64,000 bases of DNA from Octopus vulgaris. Taxonomy: Eukaryota. The DNA lies in NCBI GenBank assembly GCA_951406725.2, contig OX597819.1, forward strand, positions 25,854,001-25,918,000, given 5' to 3'. The number at the start of each line of letters is the position of its first letter. The first letter of the stretch is position 1. Under the pieces are notes generated by a model, which was given only the letters and a program-made list of their open reading frames with translations, had not been told where the DNA came from and made no database searches. The position numbers and the translations under genes are program-made. Shown piece after piece: positions 1-14,200 of the stretch.

Positions 1-366
1 GAGAAAACTTTCTATTTAGGAAGTTATTTCGTGTTAAAGTTGTATTTCGGTAATTTCGACCAGTCAATGAGGTTTATTCTGCTGAATAAAATTACTGCTG
101 TTGTTTGTCAGCAACAATATACACCGCCGATAGTTGTTGTTGACAAGCAACAGCAGTAATTTTATTCAGCTGAATACATGTCATTGATTGGTTGAAATTA
201 CCGAAATACAACTTTAACACGAAATAACTTCGTAAATAGAAACGTTTCTCAACAACGCTAAGTGTAAAATATGTTTTTACGACGCATTCTACATGTGTCC
301 GATGTTTGAAATTGTTTAGTAACAAAAGATTAGTTTCTCGATCTGCCGATGAAAGTGAAAAGATCC
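1..366. mobile_element. Palindromic (fold-back) non-autonomous DNA transposon, cut by the window's left edge; relative of the GGATC-TIR MITEs
   Basis: Bases 1-~115 are the reverse complement of ~135-250. The right arm continues to ...CTGCCGATGAAAGTGAAAAGATCC at 366, resembling the MITE terminus CTGCCGTTCAAACCGAAAAGATCC at 2123 and 18396. Confidence 0.75.
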
Positions 367-621
367 AGCTTTTCTTCCCGAGTCGATTAATAAAATACAA
401 ATCAAATTACCCGTCCTTCAAAACCTCTGGCCTTGTGCTTAAATTAGAAACATCCATTCATGCTATAATTAATTATGCTCATTTATGTTCCGAGTTCAAA
501 TCCAAAGTGATGTACTTCGTTTCGATCTTGCTTCGTGGGTAAAATAAAATACAAATCAATGTCTTCGATTTCATCGTCTATACTTCGTACAAAGTTAAAT
601 GTACTAAGTTATTATATTCTT

Positions 622-920
622 GGAGGCGCAATGGACCAGTGGTTGGGGCAGCGGACTCGCGGTTGGAGGATTCCGGTTTCGATTCCCAGACCGGGCATTG
701 TGTGTGTTTATTGAGCGAAAACACCTAAAGCTTCACGAAGCTCCGACAAGGGGTGGTGGTGACCCCTGTTGTACTGCCCGAACTTTCTCTCACTCTTTCT
801 TCTTGTTTCTTGAGTAACGCTGCGATGGACTGGCGTCCTGTCCATCTGGGAGAAACACATACCCCATAGAAACCGGGAAACCGGGCCCATGAGCCTAGCT
901 AGGCTTAAAAAGGGCGCATA
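622..920 (+). mobile_element. tRNA-derived SINE
   Basis: Head GGAGGCGCAATGGACCAGTGGTTGGGGCAGC... with B-box-like GTTTCGATTCCC. Its tail (GCGATGGACTGGCGTCCTGTCCA...) is shared with 3379-3597. Confidence 0.75.
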
Positions 921-974
921 ATTATCATAAAAATTATTTTCTTAATATTGATATATTTTAAGGCGGTGAGTAAA

Positions 975-1296
975 AGCGTGTGACTTATTTGTCAGGGTTT
1001 ACGGCGTGATCAGAAGATCGTGAGTTCAACTCTCGACGACGTATTATGTCATTGAGCAAGACACTTTATTTCATGTTGCTCTAATCCACTCAGCTGACAT
1101 AAAAATGAGTAGTACCTATATTTCGAAGGACCATCCGTGTTTCATTCTGTATCACAGTTAATTTCCTTGAGAGCTATGTTAAGAGGACACGGGTCTGTGA
1201 AATGATCAGCCACTTGCACGTTAATTTCACGAGCAAGGTGATCCGTTGATCGAATCGACTGAAACCCATCTTGTCATAAACGTCGCAGGGCCAGTT
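975..1296 (+). mobile_element. tRNA-derived SINE with CORE-like TTGAGCAAGACACTT...CCACTCAGCTG domain
   Basis: Decayed A/B boxes. Homologous to the reverse-strand copy at 38030-38358. Confidence 0.7.
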
Positions 1297-1299
1297 AAG

Positions 1300-1510
1300 G
1301 AGTTGAGTTCGCAGAATCGTTACAGTGCTGGGAAAATGCTTAGTAACATTTCCTCCTACTTTACGTTCTAAGTTCTATTGCGGCCGGCGTCGGCATTGCT
1401 TTTCGTCCCTTCGAGGTTGATAAAATAAGTACATGTCGAACACTGGGATCAATGTAATCGATTTATTCTTCCCCCGAAATCACTGTTCTTGTGGCAAAAT
1501 TTGAAATCAA
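1300..1510 (+). mobile_element. SINE with Meta-like central domain
   Basis: GCTTTTCGTCCCTTCGAGGTTGATAAAATAAGTAC...CTGGGATC motif recurs at ~4225, ~8180 (minus) and ~30310. Confidence 0.65.
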
Positions 1511-1682
1511 TATTGACATGATTTACGTAAAACCACACATAACATTAATATTGAAACTACATAATATCACACTCATTCCCATAGTTTGATATCTTCTGTA
1601 CCATACGTACCTTTTGTCAGTCTGTTTGTTTACGTCCCAGTCACTAAGCATTTTGCTAAAATGGATCAACAGAAAAGAGCAC

Positions 1683-2123
1683 GGATCCTTTCGGTTTGAA
1701 CGGCAGTTTTTTAAAATAATTTCCGCGTAACTAAACACTTTTAAACTTCGTATACTGGTAGAATGTGTTTATAAAACATCTTTTTCTCTTGGATTTATTG
1801 AGAAAATTCTATTGTTCGTAAGATATTTGTTGTTGTTTTTTCTTCAATTTCTACAAATTCAACCAATCAATGACGTCTATTGAGGTGAAAACATTCCGTG
1901 TCGTATGAATATGTCCCTCGTTTAAGAAACAGATTGCGTTTATTTACATTTCTGAAGGAAAAAAATACCCTTCCCCCACCCCTAACCCTAACCCTAACCC
2001 AAACCCTAACTAACCCTAACCCTGAGATTGAAATGCAATAGATCGATACTAGGGTCATAATTATGGGTGCCAATTTCCTATGACACCGCTAGAAAAAAAC
2101 TGCCGTTCAAACCGAAAAGATCC
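1683..2123. mobile_element. MITE with ~27-bp TIRs (GGATCYTTTCGGTTTGAACGGCAGTTT), 8-bp TSD and internal (CCCTAA)n; Merlin-like by termini
   Basis: TIRs at both ends. TSD AAGAGCAC at 1675-1682 and 2124-2131. A second copy lies at 17978-18396. Confidence 0.9.
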
Positions 2124-3378
2124 AAGAGCACTTGTAAAAAAAAAATAGGGTGGATTTGTTGGATTAACCCTTCTAGAGTTGCCCCAGTATCACAGCAGTT
2201 TAATAACTAGAACAAATAAAAATAAAGTAATGAGAGACCATCGTCAATTGATTCCATTAACACACTCGGTAGTGACTAAGAAATTGATCCTGGATAGATT
2301 TGAAACTTGAGCATGAAGAAATAAAACAAATTACCATAATATATTTGCGCCAGTACCTTATTGATTTAACGGAAATGCTGCTCATAATAGTAACGATAAA
2401 GGGAAAATTCGGAACATAAGATTACTTCACTAAATAATGAAAGACATTACTTTGTCCGTGGCTTTGCTGATATAACAAACATCACCTCAATTATTGATTT
2501 CTATTTGGGAAGATAAAACGGGTACTTATTGCTTATTTTATTTATCTGATAGGTATTTTGTCCAGTACTCAATCGATTCTATCAGGTGATTCACTACATA
2601 TAAATACTTAATAAATATACACGTTTCATTCGTTTGAGTTTTCTTCTCCCGACAAAGCACACTAAATGAAAATGTATAGCATTAAAGGAAAGACAGACCT
2701 AATCAAATATACTGACAATGAAACATTGTAGAAGAATACTTGAGAACTGGTCGTGGATAATAGTTTCGCTCGGGAAGTTGATTTTTGTACATGTAAAACT
2801 TTTGTGCAGAAAATTTACAAATGGAATACATTAATTTTACCACGAGATAAAACGTCCACCGCAGAAAACGTCACCGAAACGTTCATTTCTTTTGATCTTT
2901 GAGAGGCCGTCCCAACTAACGTCTTTTTACAAGGTTTCCAAATACAGGTTATAAGAGTAGAGGAAAGTATCCTCAAACCAGATGTCTTTCTGGAATGCTT
3001 GCATCAGTATAAAATACCTTAAAGGTAACGGAAGGGCTAAGAGGCTATGTTAAACCGCTCTACAAATGGAGTTTATCACCCAAATAGGTCACAGTGCGAT
3101 TTAAACTCAGAATGAAATGAGCCAAAGCAAATACCGTAAGTTATTTGGTCCAATATTTTTAGTTTCTCTGATCGGGTGTAGTCATAGGTGAGTGGTTAAC
3201 GATGTCAATTAGCACTCATAAGATCCAGGGTTTCGTTCCTACAGTGTGTTATTTGGCTATATGTTTTCGATATTCACAGCCCGGTGGGTAAAACGAAGGC
3301 CAAAAAACTATCTATAAATCAGTCGTTCTCAACTGGGCTCCAGATTACCCTTCTTAGTCCATATAAGATTCAGAAAAG

Positions 3379-3597
3379 TGGAGGCGTGTGGCTTAGTGGT
3401 TAGAGTGTTGGGGTCATCATTGTAAGATTGTGGTTTTGATTCCTGGACCCGGTTACACATTTGGTCTTGAGCAAAACACTTCATTTCGCGTCGGTCCAGT
3501 TCATTCAGCTGAAAAGAATGAGTAATCAAGCGACGGACTGGCGTCCTGTCCATGTGGGGAAATTATACGTCTATGGAAATCGGGAAATCGACCCTAT
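3379..3597 (+). mobile_element. tRNA-derived SINE
   Basis: GGAGGCGTGTGGCTTAGTGGTTAGAGTG (A box), TTGATTCC (B-box-like), CORE-like CTTGAGCAAAACACTT. Tail shared with 622-920. Confidence 0.7.
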
Positions 3598-4134
3598 ACA
3601 TGTTTGTGTGTGTGTGTGTGTGTATGTATGTGTGTGTGCGTGCGCGCATGTGTGTGTGGATAGATAGATTGATATATAGATAGACACACGAAATATCCCT
3701 CTGTCAATTTCGCTGATAGAACAATGGTTGATTCGGGGCCATATGGGAATACACCAGCATACTGCGCCGCGCAGTTGGGCAGTACTTGAAATCTCGTAGC
3801 TGTAAAATGAACTTCTTAACTATACAGTCGACCCTACCTGTTCTGCTGAAAATCAATATTTAGAGTGATGTATAACATGACCAGTAGAGCATCAAACAAA
3901 TAATGCCTTGCATTATTTATCGCAGGAACTTTACGTTCTGACAGTTGGCTTTATCATTGCTATTAACAGCCATATGTCCGTTAATTGATAGCTCAGTGAA
4001 AGAAATACGTTACGGATATTTGACTTGTTGCATCGTGTTACAAGTTCATCTTGGGTGTGTTACTTCAATTGTGTACATACTTTTATACATATATAATCTC
4101 CCTGTCTCTAACTCTCTTTCTCTGTCTCCCTGTA

Positions 4135-4434
4135 TATATGTATGTATGTAGCATGTATGTATGTATGTATGTATGTATGTATGTATGTATGTATGTATCT
4201 ATCTATCTATCTATCTGTCTCGTGGTCGACTTTGCCTTTCATCCTTTCGGGGTCGATAAATTAAGTACCAGTTACGCACTGGGGTCGATATAATCGACTT
4301 AATACCTTTGTCTGTCGTTGTTTGTCCCCTCTATGTTTAGCCCTTTGTGGGTAATAAAGAAATATATATGTCTGTCTATGTATGTATGTGTGTGTATGTA
4401 TGTATGTAAGTATGTATGTATGTATGTATGTATG

Positions 4435-4512
<78 letters not shown>
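4135..4512 (+). repeat. (TATG)n/(TATC)n microsatellites with an embedded Meta-like SINE fragment (~4222-4362)
   Basis: Tetranucleotide arrays read directly, plus GCCTTTCATCCTTTCGGGGTCGATAAATTAAGTACCAG. Confidence 0.85.
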
Positions 4513-4514
<2 letters not shown>

Positions 4515-5454
4515 ACACTATTTATGTATATAGGTATATCATATGTGTGTGTATTGATTTGTCTTGAAAAAAAAAGTGTTTGATAGTAAATTCGAAGTTA
4601 ACAAACTTTCAATATCAACATGTAGAGAGAAATCCTTCACGTTCACGTGAAATTGCCTTTATCTGCAACTTGACATGACGCATGTGTGTGTTATTTATGT
4701 ATGTGTGTGCCTCATTTAGGGATGGGCATTTCTGTGTGTGAATGGGAAAGAGGGAGAGAGAGAGAGAGAGTGGGTGAGAGAGAGAGAGTGGTTGACAGCG
4801 AGTGGGTGAGAGGGAAGGATTGGAAGAGAGAAAGAGAGTGGAAGAGAAAGAGAGAGAAAGAGAATAAGTGGGAGATAGACCGAAAGAGAAAGGGAGAAGG
4901 AAAGAAAGAGAGTGGGAGAAGGAGAGAAAGGGAGTGTGAGAGGGAGAGAACGCGAGTGGGATAAAGAGAAAGAAAGAGGGAGATAGTAAGTGTGTGTGTG
5001 TGTGTGTGCGTGCGTGTGTGTATATGTTTATTTGTGTGATTTGTCAAAGCTACTTCAAAGATTCTGTTAGCTGGTTAAGTAATGCAATCTTAATTCAAGA
5101 TCTTTTCATCTGGTCAGCATTCACAACTATCTGCATTTGTGAAGCATCAACTTCAAATCTAATGGTTGATTAATTCCACCCTCCAAATTGCGTGTAGTAG
5201 CGACGGTTTTCTCTTGAAACGCTCTTTTATACCTATATCTTGAGCACCAGATTCAGGGAACCAGTAAACTGCTTAAAATAACCATATATGTATGTATCTA
5301 TCTATCTATCTATCTATTTAGCTGTCTATGTATGCATGTATGTGCATGTATGTATCTATCTATCTGACTATCTATCTATCTATATATATATCTATCTATC
5401 CATATAGGTGTATCATATCTATCTATCTATCTATTTATCTACCTATATAGCTGT

Positions 5455-5513
<59 letters not shown>

Positions 5514-5809
5514 TAGACATATATATTATTATTTGGCGCAGTTTGCAGGTTCCTTCGATCTGGTGCTCAAGAGAGAAAAATCATCAATACGACACGCAAA
5601 TTACAGGTTAGAATTAATCAGTCAGTCAGTCTATACGATTTTATCGGCAATATTTCTTGGCTCAAATTTGAGGGGACCTAACTCTATTGGAAATTCATAT
5701 GATCTACTCCTGTTTTACGCGGTAGTGTATAAATGTGCTAAATTCAACTCACTACGTAAACATATTGAGTTTGAAGTGAATAGCATATTCATATCTACTC
5801 AAATTACTA

Positions 5810-6201
<392 letters not shown>

Positions 6202-6230
6202 TATATATGTATGTATGTATGTATATGTAT

Positions 6231-6280
<50 letters not shown>

Positions 6281-6493
6281 CTCTGAATGAATAGCACATA
6301 GAATCTACGACTCCACACATTTGTAATAATAAATTGTGAATTACTATCCGAATTTACATACCATGCACAAGAAGCGTTTCTACACATTACTTTCCTTGGA
6401 TAAGGGAACTGCGAATATATCATCCTTCATATATTTCTACTTTTACTTTTATACTCTTATTTGCCTTTATACTTCCTATTTCCATCCATCCAT

Positions 6494-6532
<39 letters not shown>

Positions 6533-6556
6533 TATGTGTGTATATATATATATATA

Positions 6557-7360
6557 CTAGCTGGCGTACCCGGTAATTCCCGGAGAATCAGGGCTATCTC
6601 TTGGTTCTGTTTTCATAGTTGTTTCGCTAATCCAATGACAATACAAAGTATGTAGCCCTTAAAACGAATTTTTGTGAATTTACAGTGAATACCGAACTCT
6701 CTTACACAGTATCTTGTTTTTAGGAATTCCCATTAAGTTATGAATACCGCAAATGTCAAATCTGTTATGTAATAACATGAAATTAGTTATCCGATAGTAA
6801 GAATTCAATTAAACTAGCCCCGAAAAGAAAGGTCTTTGATGCGTTCCCAGAGTATATAGAACAGAGGAGGAAATACTAATAATATATGTATATTAAAATC
6901 GTGAAGCATGTTACATAATAACTGGCTAATCAGATATGAGATAATAACAATTCAAAACAAATTAGTGTTGGTTTATTCGTGAATGAGTTACTAACTGAAA
7001 TAAGTGGATCTATTGTTCAGGAAAATGCTATATACTTGTTTTTAAGGGCTGTACTGAATAAATTACGAAAATAACTCTAACATTTCAAATACTATGAAAT
7101 ATGCAAACTCAATTTCATTTTTAAAAAATAATTTAGCGAAATGAATGGGTTATTTCCCTTGGTTATATTTAAGGATCCCTTCCAGTGGCCCTATTATCGA
7201 CTCTTTCAACAATCGGTGTATGCCATGCGCTTTCAGACATGAGTTGTACTCACGTGTCCGTGTCAAGTTTCATCAAAATCGATAAATCGATGTAGTAGAA
7301 GTTAGCTATCAACTCCACAAATATACTCACAGACAGAATTTTCCACAAAAGCAATATATA
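6557..7360 (-). mobile_element. Non-autonomous Helitron (decayed)
   Basis: Minus-strand 3' end has a CCGG-GAATTA-CCGG hairpin shortly before CTAG|T, inserted in (TA)n. The far end has CAAGTTTCATCAAAATCG and ACAGACAGA, analogous to the 24-kb Helitrons. The 5' boundary is approximate. Confidence 0.55.
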
Positions 7361-7596
7361 TTCTTGTTTCAATCATTAGACAAGGGTCATGCTGAGGCAC
7401 CGCCTTGAGAATTTTTTAGTCGAAGGATTCCGATTCCAGTACATATTATTTTTTTATAAAGCCTTATGTTTAAACTATCGGTCTCTTCTACGGGGACGTA
7501 AACACACCAACATTGCTTGTCAAGCGGCGGTGTAAGACAAACACAGAAACAAAGAAATACACCCACACATAGGCGTGTATATATATATATATATAT

Positions 7597-7627
<31 letters not shown>

Positions 7628-8087
7628 CTTAAAATGACCAAACCACAAGTTATCACAGAACACAAAAGTGAAATCGGACAAATGAATAAAAATCCCTAGA
7701 ACCCCATCTCAATAAGGAAAAATTCGAAAATTGAGAGGTTGATATATTTGAATCACCTGTGATCTCGACATGTTAGTTCTCATCAGCGAGCATCACAGAT
7801 ACATGCTTAGAGGATTTATTCATCCCAACGAAGGTGTACGATGACCGTTTTTAATGCCCCAACAATTTTTTTAAAGCTATGTCAGCTTTCTGATACTGAT
7901 TCCTAGTACCCTAAATTGTTAATTGACATCTTATACCGTTATAGGTTTTTTACGCATTCTAAACCACTGATATTATTATAGATAATAATATCCTCATATG
8001 TATTCTTTTCTAATCTAGGCACAAGGCCCGAAATTTTTATGAAGGTGACCACACGATTAGATTGACTCCAGTAAGCCAGTCGGAATA

Positions 8088-8311
8088 CCTATTTCTTTAC
8101 AACCCACAAGGAGCTAAACACACAGGAGGCAAACAAGGACAGACAAACGGATTATGTAGATTACATCGACCCCAGTGCGTAACTGGTATTTAATTTATCG
8201 ACTCCGAAAGGATGAAAGGCAAAGTCAACCTCGGTGGAATTTGAACTCAGGACGTAACGGCAGCCGAAATACCGCTAAGCATTTTGCCCGACGTGCTAAC
8301 GTTTCTGCCAG
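8088..8311 (-). mobile_element. tRNA-derived SINE with Meta-like domain
   Basis: Reverse complement of the family at 1300-1510 and 30205-30402. Confidence 0.75.
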
Positions 8312-8317
8312 GAAATA

Positions 8318-8364
<47 letters not shown>

Positions 8365-8650
8365 GGTATGTAGAAAAATACAACATGGACAAGAACGTAT
8401 AACTCTTAGAAGACGATACAATAAACACGGACAGGACATTCGAAACCCTCAGTCTTCAGTCAAGAACCGGATCATCGTAGTAATTTCGGCTGATTAATCT
8501 TGAGATTACTAGATCACGGCCAGCCCTCCAAGAAAAACTAAGCAACGAGCATTAGAAAAACTAAGCTGGGAGCGTAGATTTCCTGGAAGAAGGATCGAAT
8601 GCATACGAACACCAGGACAGCAAAAGGGACGAATATAAAAAAAACAAAAA

Positions 8651-8715
<65 letters not shown>

Positions 8716-8951
8716 GAGTGAAAATTGAACCGGTGAGTGTGTTAAATGATAAATCACTAAAAGAGAATGGCAATAATATATATATAAATATATAAATATA
8801 TATATATGGCGGACTTCTTTTAGTTTCTGTCTGAGAAATCCACTCACAAGGATATAGCAGAAAACACTTGCTTAAGGTGTCACACAGTGTAACTGAACCA
8901 GTAAACATGTAGCTGAGAAGCAATATCCTTACTATACATTATATATGTATT

Positions 8952-9006
<55 letters not shown>

Positions 9007-9566
9007 TTGTGTGCGCGCGCATTTGTGTGTGTGTCTCTAGATGTGTATGTGTGTGTGTGAGTGTGTTTGTGTGTCTAACGTATATAAAATATCGCTGTCA
9101 TACCTGGTTTATGCAACAAATATTAGTTTGTGAGGAAAATCTTACTTCTCAAAGTTTAGCTTTTATTAATCGTGGCATTTTTAGAGTTTTAACTAGACAG
9201 TAGTCCCTCGTAATTATATTATTTCTGTCTTATTGTCTCACCCAGTTATTCGTCAACACCCTCTTCAACTATTTCCAAGTGTAGTCTAAATTTCAATATA
9301 TTGGTTTCGTCGAAAAATTATATATACACATTCAGTCAAGCACACAGAAGGGAAGCACATATGCAAACAAGGAAATATGCAAATTAACGATAGTTTTCTT
9401 GAAATAGCAGCCATACTTCCTGAGGACCAACGTAGTTATTGCAGATCTTCACAGACAAGGTCATACTGGTCACAGTGTCCTTCGTTCTCGGTCAGCGCAT
9501 TCACCATTAGAGAGATATTTCCCATAGGCAATCTCCATCAGATGATACACTCAAACACACACACAA

Positions 9567-9617
<51 letters not shown>

Positions 9618-11229
9618 CACACACATACACACACGCACACACTCACGCGCAAGCCGAAAATGAATTATTAAATTCTTTGCGTTTCAAGTTCTGTTTTAGG
9701 ACTAATTAAAGCATAAATTTCTTTATTACAAATATATGTTTAAATGATGCTTCAAAACTCATTATCTGAGAAACAGTTGCTTTAAGTATACTTTTTTATT
9801 TGACATATTTTAAAATATTTGTTATTACTTGACGATAATTAACGAAAGAACATTAACTATTTAAGATGCTGTCAATAAATTTTTTTCTTTTATCCAGAAA
9901 ATTTTATTTGTCATTGCTTTATTTGCATTAAAAGAAAAGCAAATAACTGTTTTTGGCGCGTTGTTTAGCAACCACTTGGCATTGAATTTAATCCCGATAG
10001 ATGAGAAATTCGGAAAATGTTTTCTACTATAGCCACTGGTGGGAAAATTATTTGTGACCGAAGCTCGTGTGTGTGTGTGTGTGTTGTATGCGTACGTGTG
10101 TATCGTTGTGCTTGTCCCCAAATTGCTTCATAACCGGCGTCTCGTTTACGACCCCATAACATAGCATTTCGGCAAAAGAGATGAAGGAATAAGTAGTGGA
10201 CTGCAAAATGTGAATAAATCTCTCAAGGCAGTGCACGAGCATGGTCATTGCCCGGTGACAAAAAACAGGGGTTCGAAAAAATGAACCTTCCGATGACTAA
10301 AACAAGTAAAAGATTAAAAGAATACACCCCCCCCCCCCACACATATACACACACATACACACACACACACACATCTATATATGAGAAATTGTACGTTCGA
10401 GAGCGTGCGCATGTGTATGTGTGTGAGTCTTAATTACGTGACCAACTACTTCCGTTTGTGATGCTTGGATTTGCGTGAAACAGGGCAGCATAATTTTGTC
10501 GCGATTTTCATATTTATTTTATATTGAACAAAGGTACTTATGCGTAATTAAGCTACATTTTGTTTATTGTTTTTCTTCAAAGTGAAATGCAATTCAATCT
10601 CTTAGTATTTTAGATTTTTGCATTTTTCATCAAACATCTGTCGATATGTAGTTAGAGCGCAATAAAACACTTAATGGCTTATGGAGTTTCTTTGATGTTT
10701 TCTGCATCGACTTACTAATTCCTTCATGTGTATGTTTACTCTGTCAGCATAATATTTGTTTTGATTATTTCGGAACTTTCGATTAGTTTTACAAAGATAC
10801 AGATTAGTTAAGCTGAGTCTAAGTCTGCAAATCTGCATTAAATTATAAGAGTTGCTTCGTAACTAAAAAAAAATAAAGTGCTGTATGATTATATGGTACA
10901 GATAAACGTGTATCAGTACTCAACATGAAAATAAATGATAAAAGATATAAAGAAAAGCTCCTGTTAAAATATTAATATATAGATGCGTACTTCATAGTGA
11001 ATATAATACGTTAAGATAACGTAGAATATTGGTTGCTATTTATTTAGAAAACGCATATACACACATACAGATGTGATGTTTCGATTTTATATAAATATGT
11101 AATGAAATATTGCAATGTATCTGGGGTTATATACCGATGAACAAGTGAGAAAATATTACTTTGATAAAATGTTTACTCCGACATGCACCGAAACACGCAC
11201 ACATACTCATGCACGCATTCATATACATG

Positions 11230-11254
11230 CATACATACATACATACATACTTAC

Positions 11255-11285
<31 letters not shown>

Positions 11286-11323
11286 CATACATACATACAT
11301 ACATACATACATACATACATACA

Positions 11324-11352
<29 letters not shown>
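11230..11352 (+). repeat. (CATA)n microsatellite
   Basis: Read directly. Confidence 0.95.
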
Positions 11353-11355
<3 letters not shown>

Positions 11356-13779
11356 CAGTATTTATATAAAAGCCCGAAGAATTAATCAGAAAAACATAAA
11401 TATATCCTATCCTGCGGAAGGATCATTAAGATAATGGCGGTGCCCCAGCTTGGCCACAGCTAGTGAGCTGAAACTAGATAAATAAATAAATAAAAAATAC
11501 TCAACCAAATACGCGCATCTACACAGCATAACGCCTCGCTTGAAACCGTTTAAATAATTTTGTGTTATTGTTTTATAATTAAAAGACAAGTAAATAACAC
11601 GACTAACCAGAAGCATTACTTATGCTAATAATGCATATAAATAAGTTAGACTTATCCTTTTGCAAACCTTGACTTTCTAAGAGCAATATATATCATCCAT
11701 CGAAACAATTTCAATGTATCATTTATTGTTTTATCCTTGTAGTATTTGACTTCAGAATATGTTGGACCGTGTCTTAGTAACTGTCCGCCGTCAAATATTA
11801 TAACATTCCAAAATATTATATTTGATTTACCAATTGCCACAAAGATTTGAGGTGTTTGAGTACGCCGATTTGAATGACAAATAAAATTGTTCTCCAATGA
11901 AACTACATACAGTGAATTGTGGTGTTCGAGAAGGTTTCTTTTTCCAGTTGCTCTTGCTCTAGCGACAGGAATACGGCTCTAGAAACCAAGTCTGCAGCTG
12001 GAAAACCAATTTGCTTAGGGAGGAAAAAGTAGTCGTACCCGACTGGATGTTTTGTGTAAAGTGATTCTTCGTTGTCCGGTTTCACTTCGACTTGTCACAT
12101 CACATCTGTACACCGACACTCTTCATAGCCCACTTAACAACGATTGTTTTCGTAGTCAACTTCACACTGACTATTTTTTTTACTGTTTGTTTACGTTGCT
12201 ATCTTCCACACTCTGCCTTCTTTGACGCAACCGACTACACGCACCGCGTTCTTTACATCACCAACTTTATGCTCCGCGCTTTTTAAATCATCATCTGATA
12301 ATGCACGTTCCTTTACCAGTTCAAATCATTCACCTCACGGCAAAGACACACAAAATAAAGAAAAACCTGCTACATTCTTCTTAATTTTTTAGTTGTTTGA
12401 TCTGAAGAAAATAATTTTCTCTTTGGAGAAATTCGCAGGTCTATGGAGTTTGATGATATTGACACAGTTAATTCCGTTGAATAGTGGCATGTTGATAGTT
12501 GCAGGAAAAACCTAGAAATGGATTTCTCTAACAATGACCATCTGGGGAGGAAAGACTGGCTGAAAGGCCTATTGCAAGGCGCAAGCTTATTAGATACAAT
12601 ATGAGTGAAGACAAATGATTTGCCAGTGCCTGTGTAGGAGTGGTATTGGACCAGCTATATACTACTGCAGTAGTAGTAATAAAATTAGAATGATTAGACA
12701 TTATGTCTGTGGACCAGGAATTAAAGTATGTTATTGAATGACTTCATTCCAAATCAGCTGAGCGGCTGTTTCAGGATGCGATCTCATTTTCTGATGTGCA
12801 TGGGTATTACCAGTTCCAGCCTGTAAATATCATCTGAGTTTCATCGGATGTTAAATAATGGTTCGTGCTGCATAACTCAATAGAAATTCGGAAATATTTC
12901 ATAATATACATGCAACTTCAGTAGCGTCGCTTTTGAAGAAAATGAGATAAGCAAGAAAATCTACATTTATGCTCCATTACATTTGTATGATATTGTAAAG
13001 CGACTGTTTGCAATGATGGAAGGTTCAGATGATGAATGAAATGTAATCTATTAATATCTATATCGCTATCATTAATCAAACGGATATATTAATGAAATGA
13101 GAACAATATATTGCACACAGCTCAGTATACTTTAACACATTTGGTATATGTTGTATATTAGAGAATAACATATCCGATCAAACCTATTCGGATTTTGATG
13201 TTAATATAACATGAAAAATGATATAACGACAACTAACTATATTTCAAACAATTCTATACACTTACATGCCAAATTGTTTCCTATAATTATGTCATAAATT
13301 TCAGCTTCACCAAGTTCATACAACTTGATCTAGCTTCTTAGATTCCAAATTCCTATTGTGTTTACGCATACCCAATTGACAGTGGTAAACTAACTAGAAC
13401 CATTTAACATTACAGTTACTCTGCTGGAGAACATGGGAAGATATGTTTTGTTAATGATTATGTGCACTTTAAGATTCATCTTGCTATGATCAGACCGAAG
13501 CGTCTCCTATCTAATCATCGTTCCTTTACTCTCAGTTAATACAGCATAGAAAGAACTCCACTGGAGGCAAGATATAGAACTTCAGAGATCTTTTTAATGG
13601 TATGCATAGTAAAATATCTACAATCCAATTTCTCAAATACCCCACATTTGATACTACGTTATGTTTTGAAAACCTCAATGTGGCCAAATGGCGAACTATA
13701 AATGGTTACAAAATCTCTCATAAATGAAACCCGATCACGATTCAAACAATCAATATATACGATAATGTAGATATATAGG

Positions 13780-14200
13780 TCATGTAGTGAAGAATTTTGC
13801 ATTGCAACCGTGTGGACTCAAGTTCATTTCCACTGCACGGCGCCTCGGGTAAGTGCCTTCTCATATATTCCTGGATCGACCAATGCCATGTGAGGGAATT
13901 TGGTTGACGAAAACTGTATCGAAGCTCGTCGAATATACACATACACTTATATGTGTATGTGTATGCGCGTGTGTGTATGTGTATGTGCATGTCTGTGTGT
14001 GTGTGTGTGTGTCTCTTTGTGTCTATCCTCTCGGTTGGACAGCCGTTGTTGATTTCTTTATACCTCCATACTGTAATCCAGTGGTTCTATAAAATTCTAA
14101 GTTTGAAATAAATACTTTAGTATATTTTATCGACCATTCCTACAAAGCGGTGCTCCAGAATAATCACAGATCAATTACTGAAAGCAGGAAAAGCGTAAAA
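13780..14200 (+). mobile_element. Decayed copy of the dominant tRNA/CORE-like SINE with internal (TG)n
   Basis: Homologous to 37310-37712 (CCCACTGCACGG...GGTAAGTGCCTTCT...GCGGTGCTCCAG). Confidence 0.6.

Noticed and set aside
1979-2022. (CCCTAA)n as a chromosome end or fusion scar
   Set aside because: It lies inside a MITE and recurs in the second MITE copy.
8440-8545. HHR-like elements (CTGAAGA; GGCTG...CAGCC GAAA) on the minus strand, with a relative at ~61525-61580
   Set aside because: The core is not correctly juxtaposed to stem II in either copy. It may be a decayed family, but a consensus is needed.
11900-13050. Higher-complexity blocks that could be host exons or old transposons
   Set aside because: No sustained open frame, recognisable motif or convincing splice structure by eye; needs BLASTX or RNA-seq.
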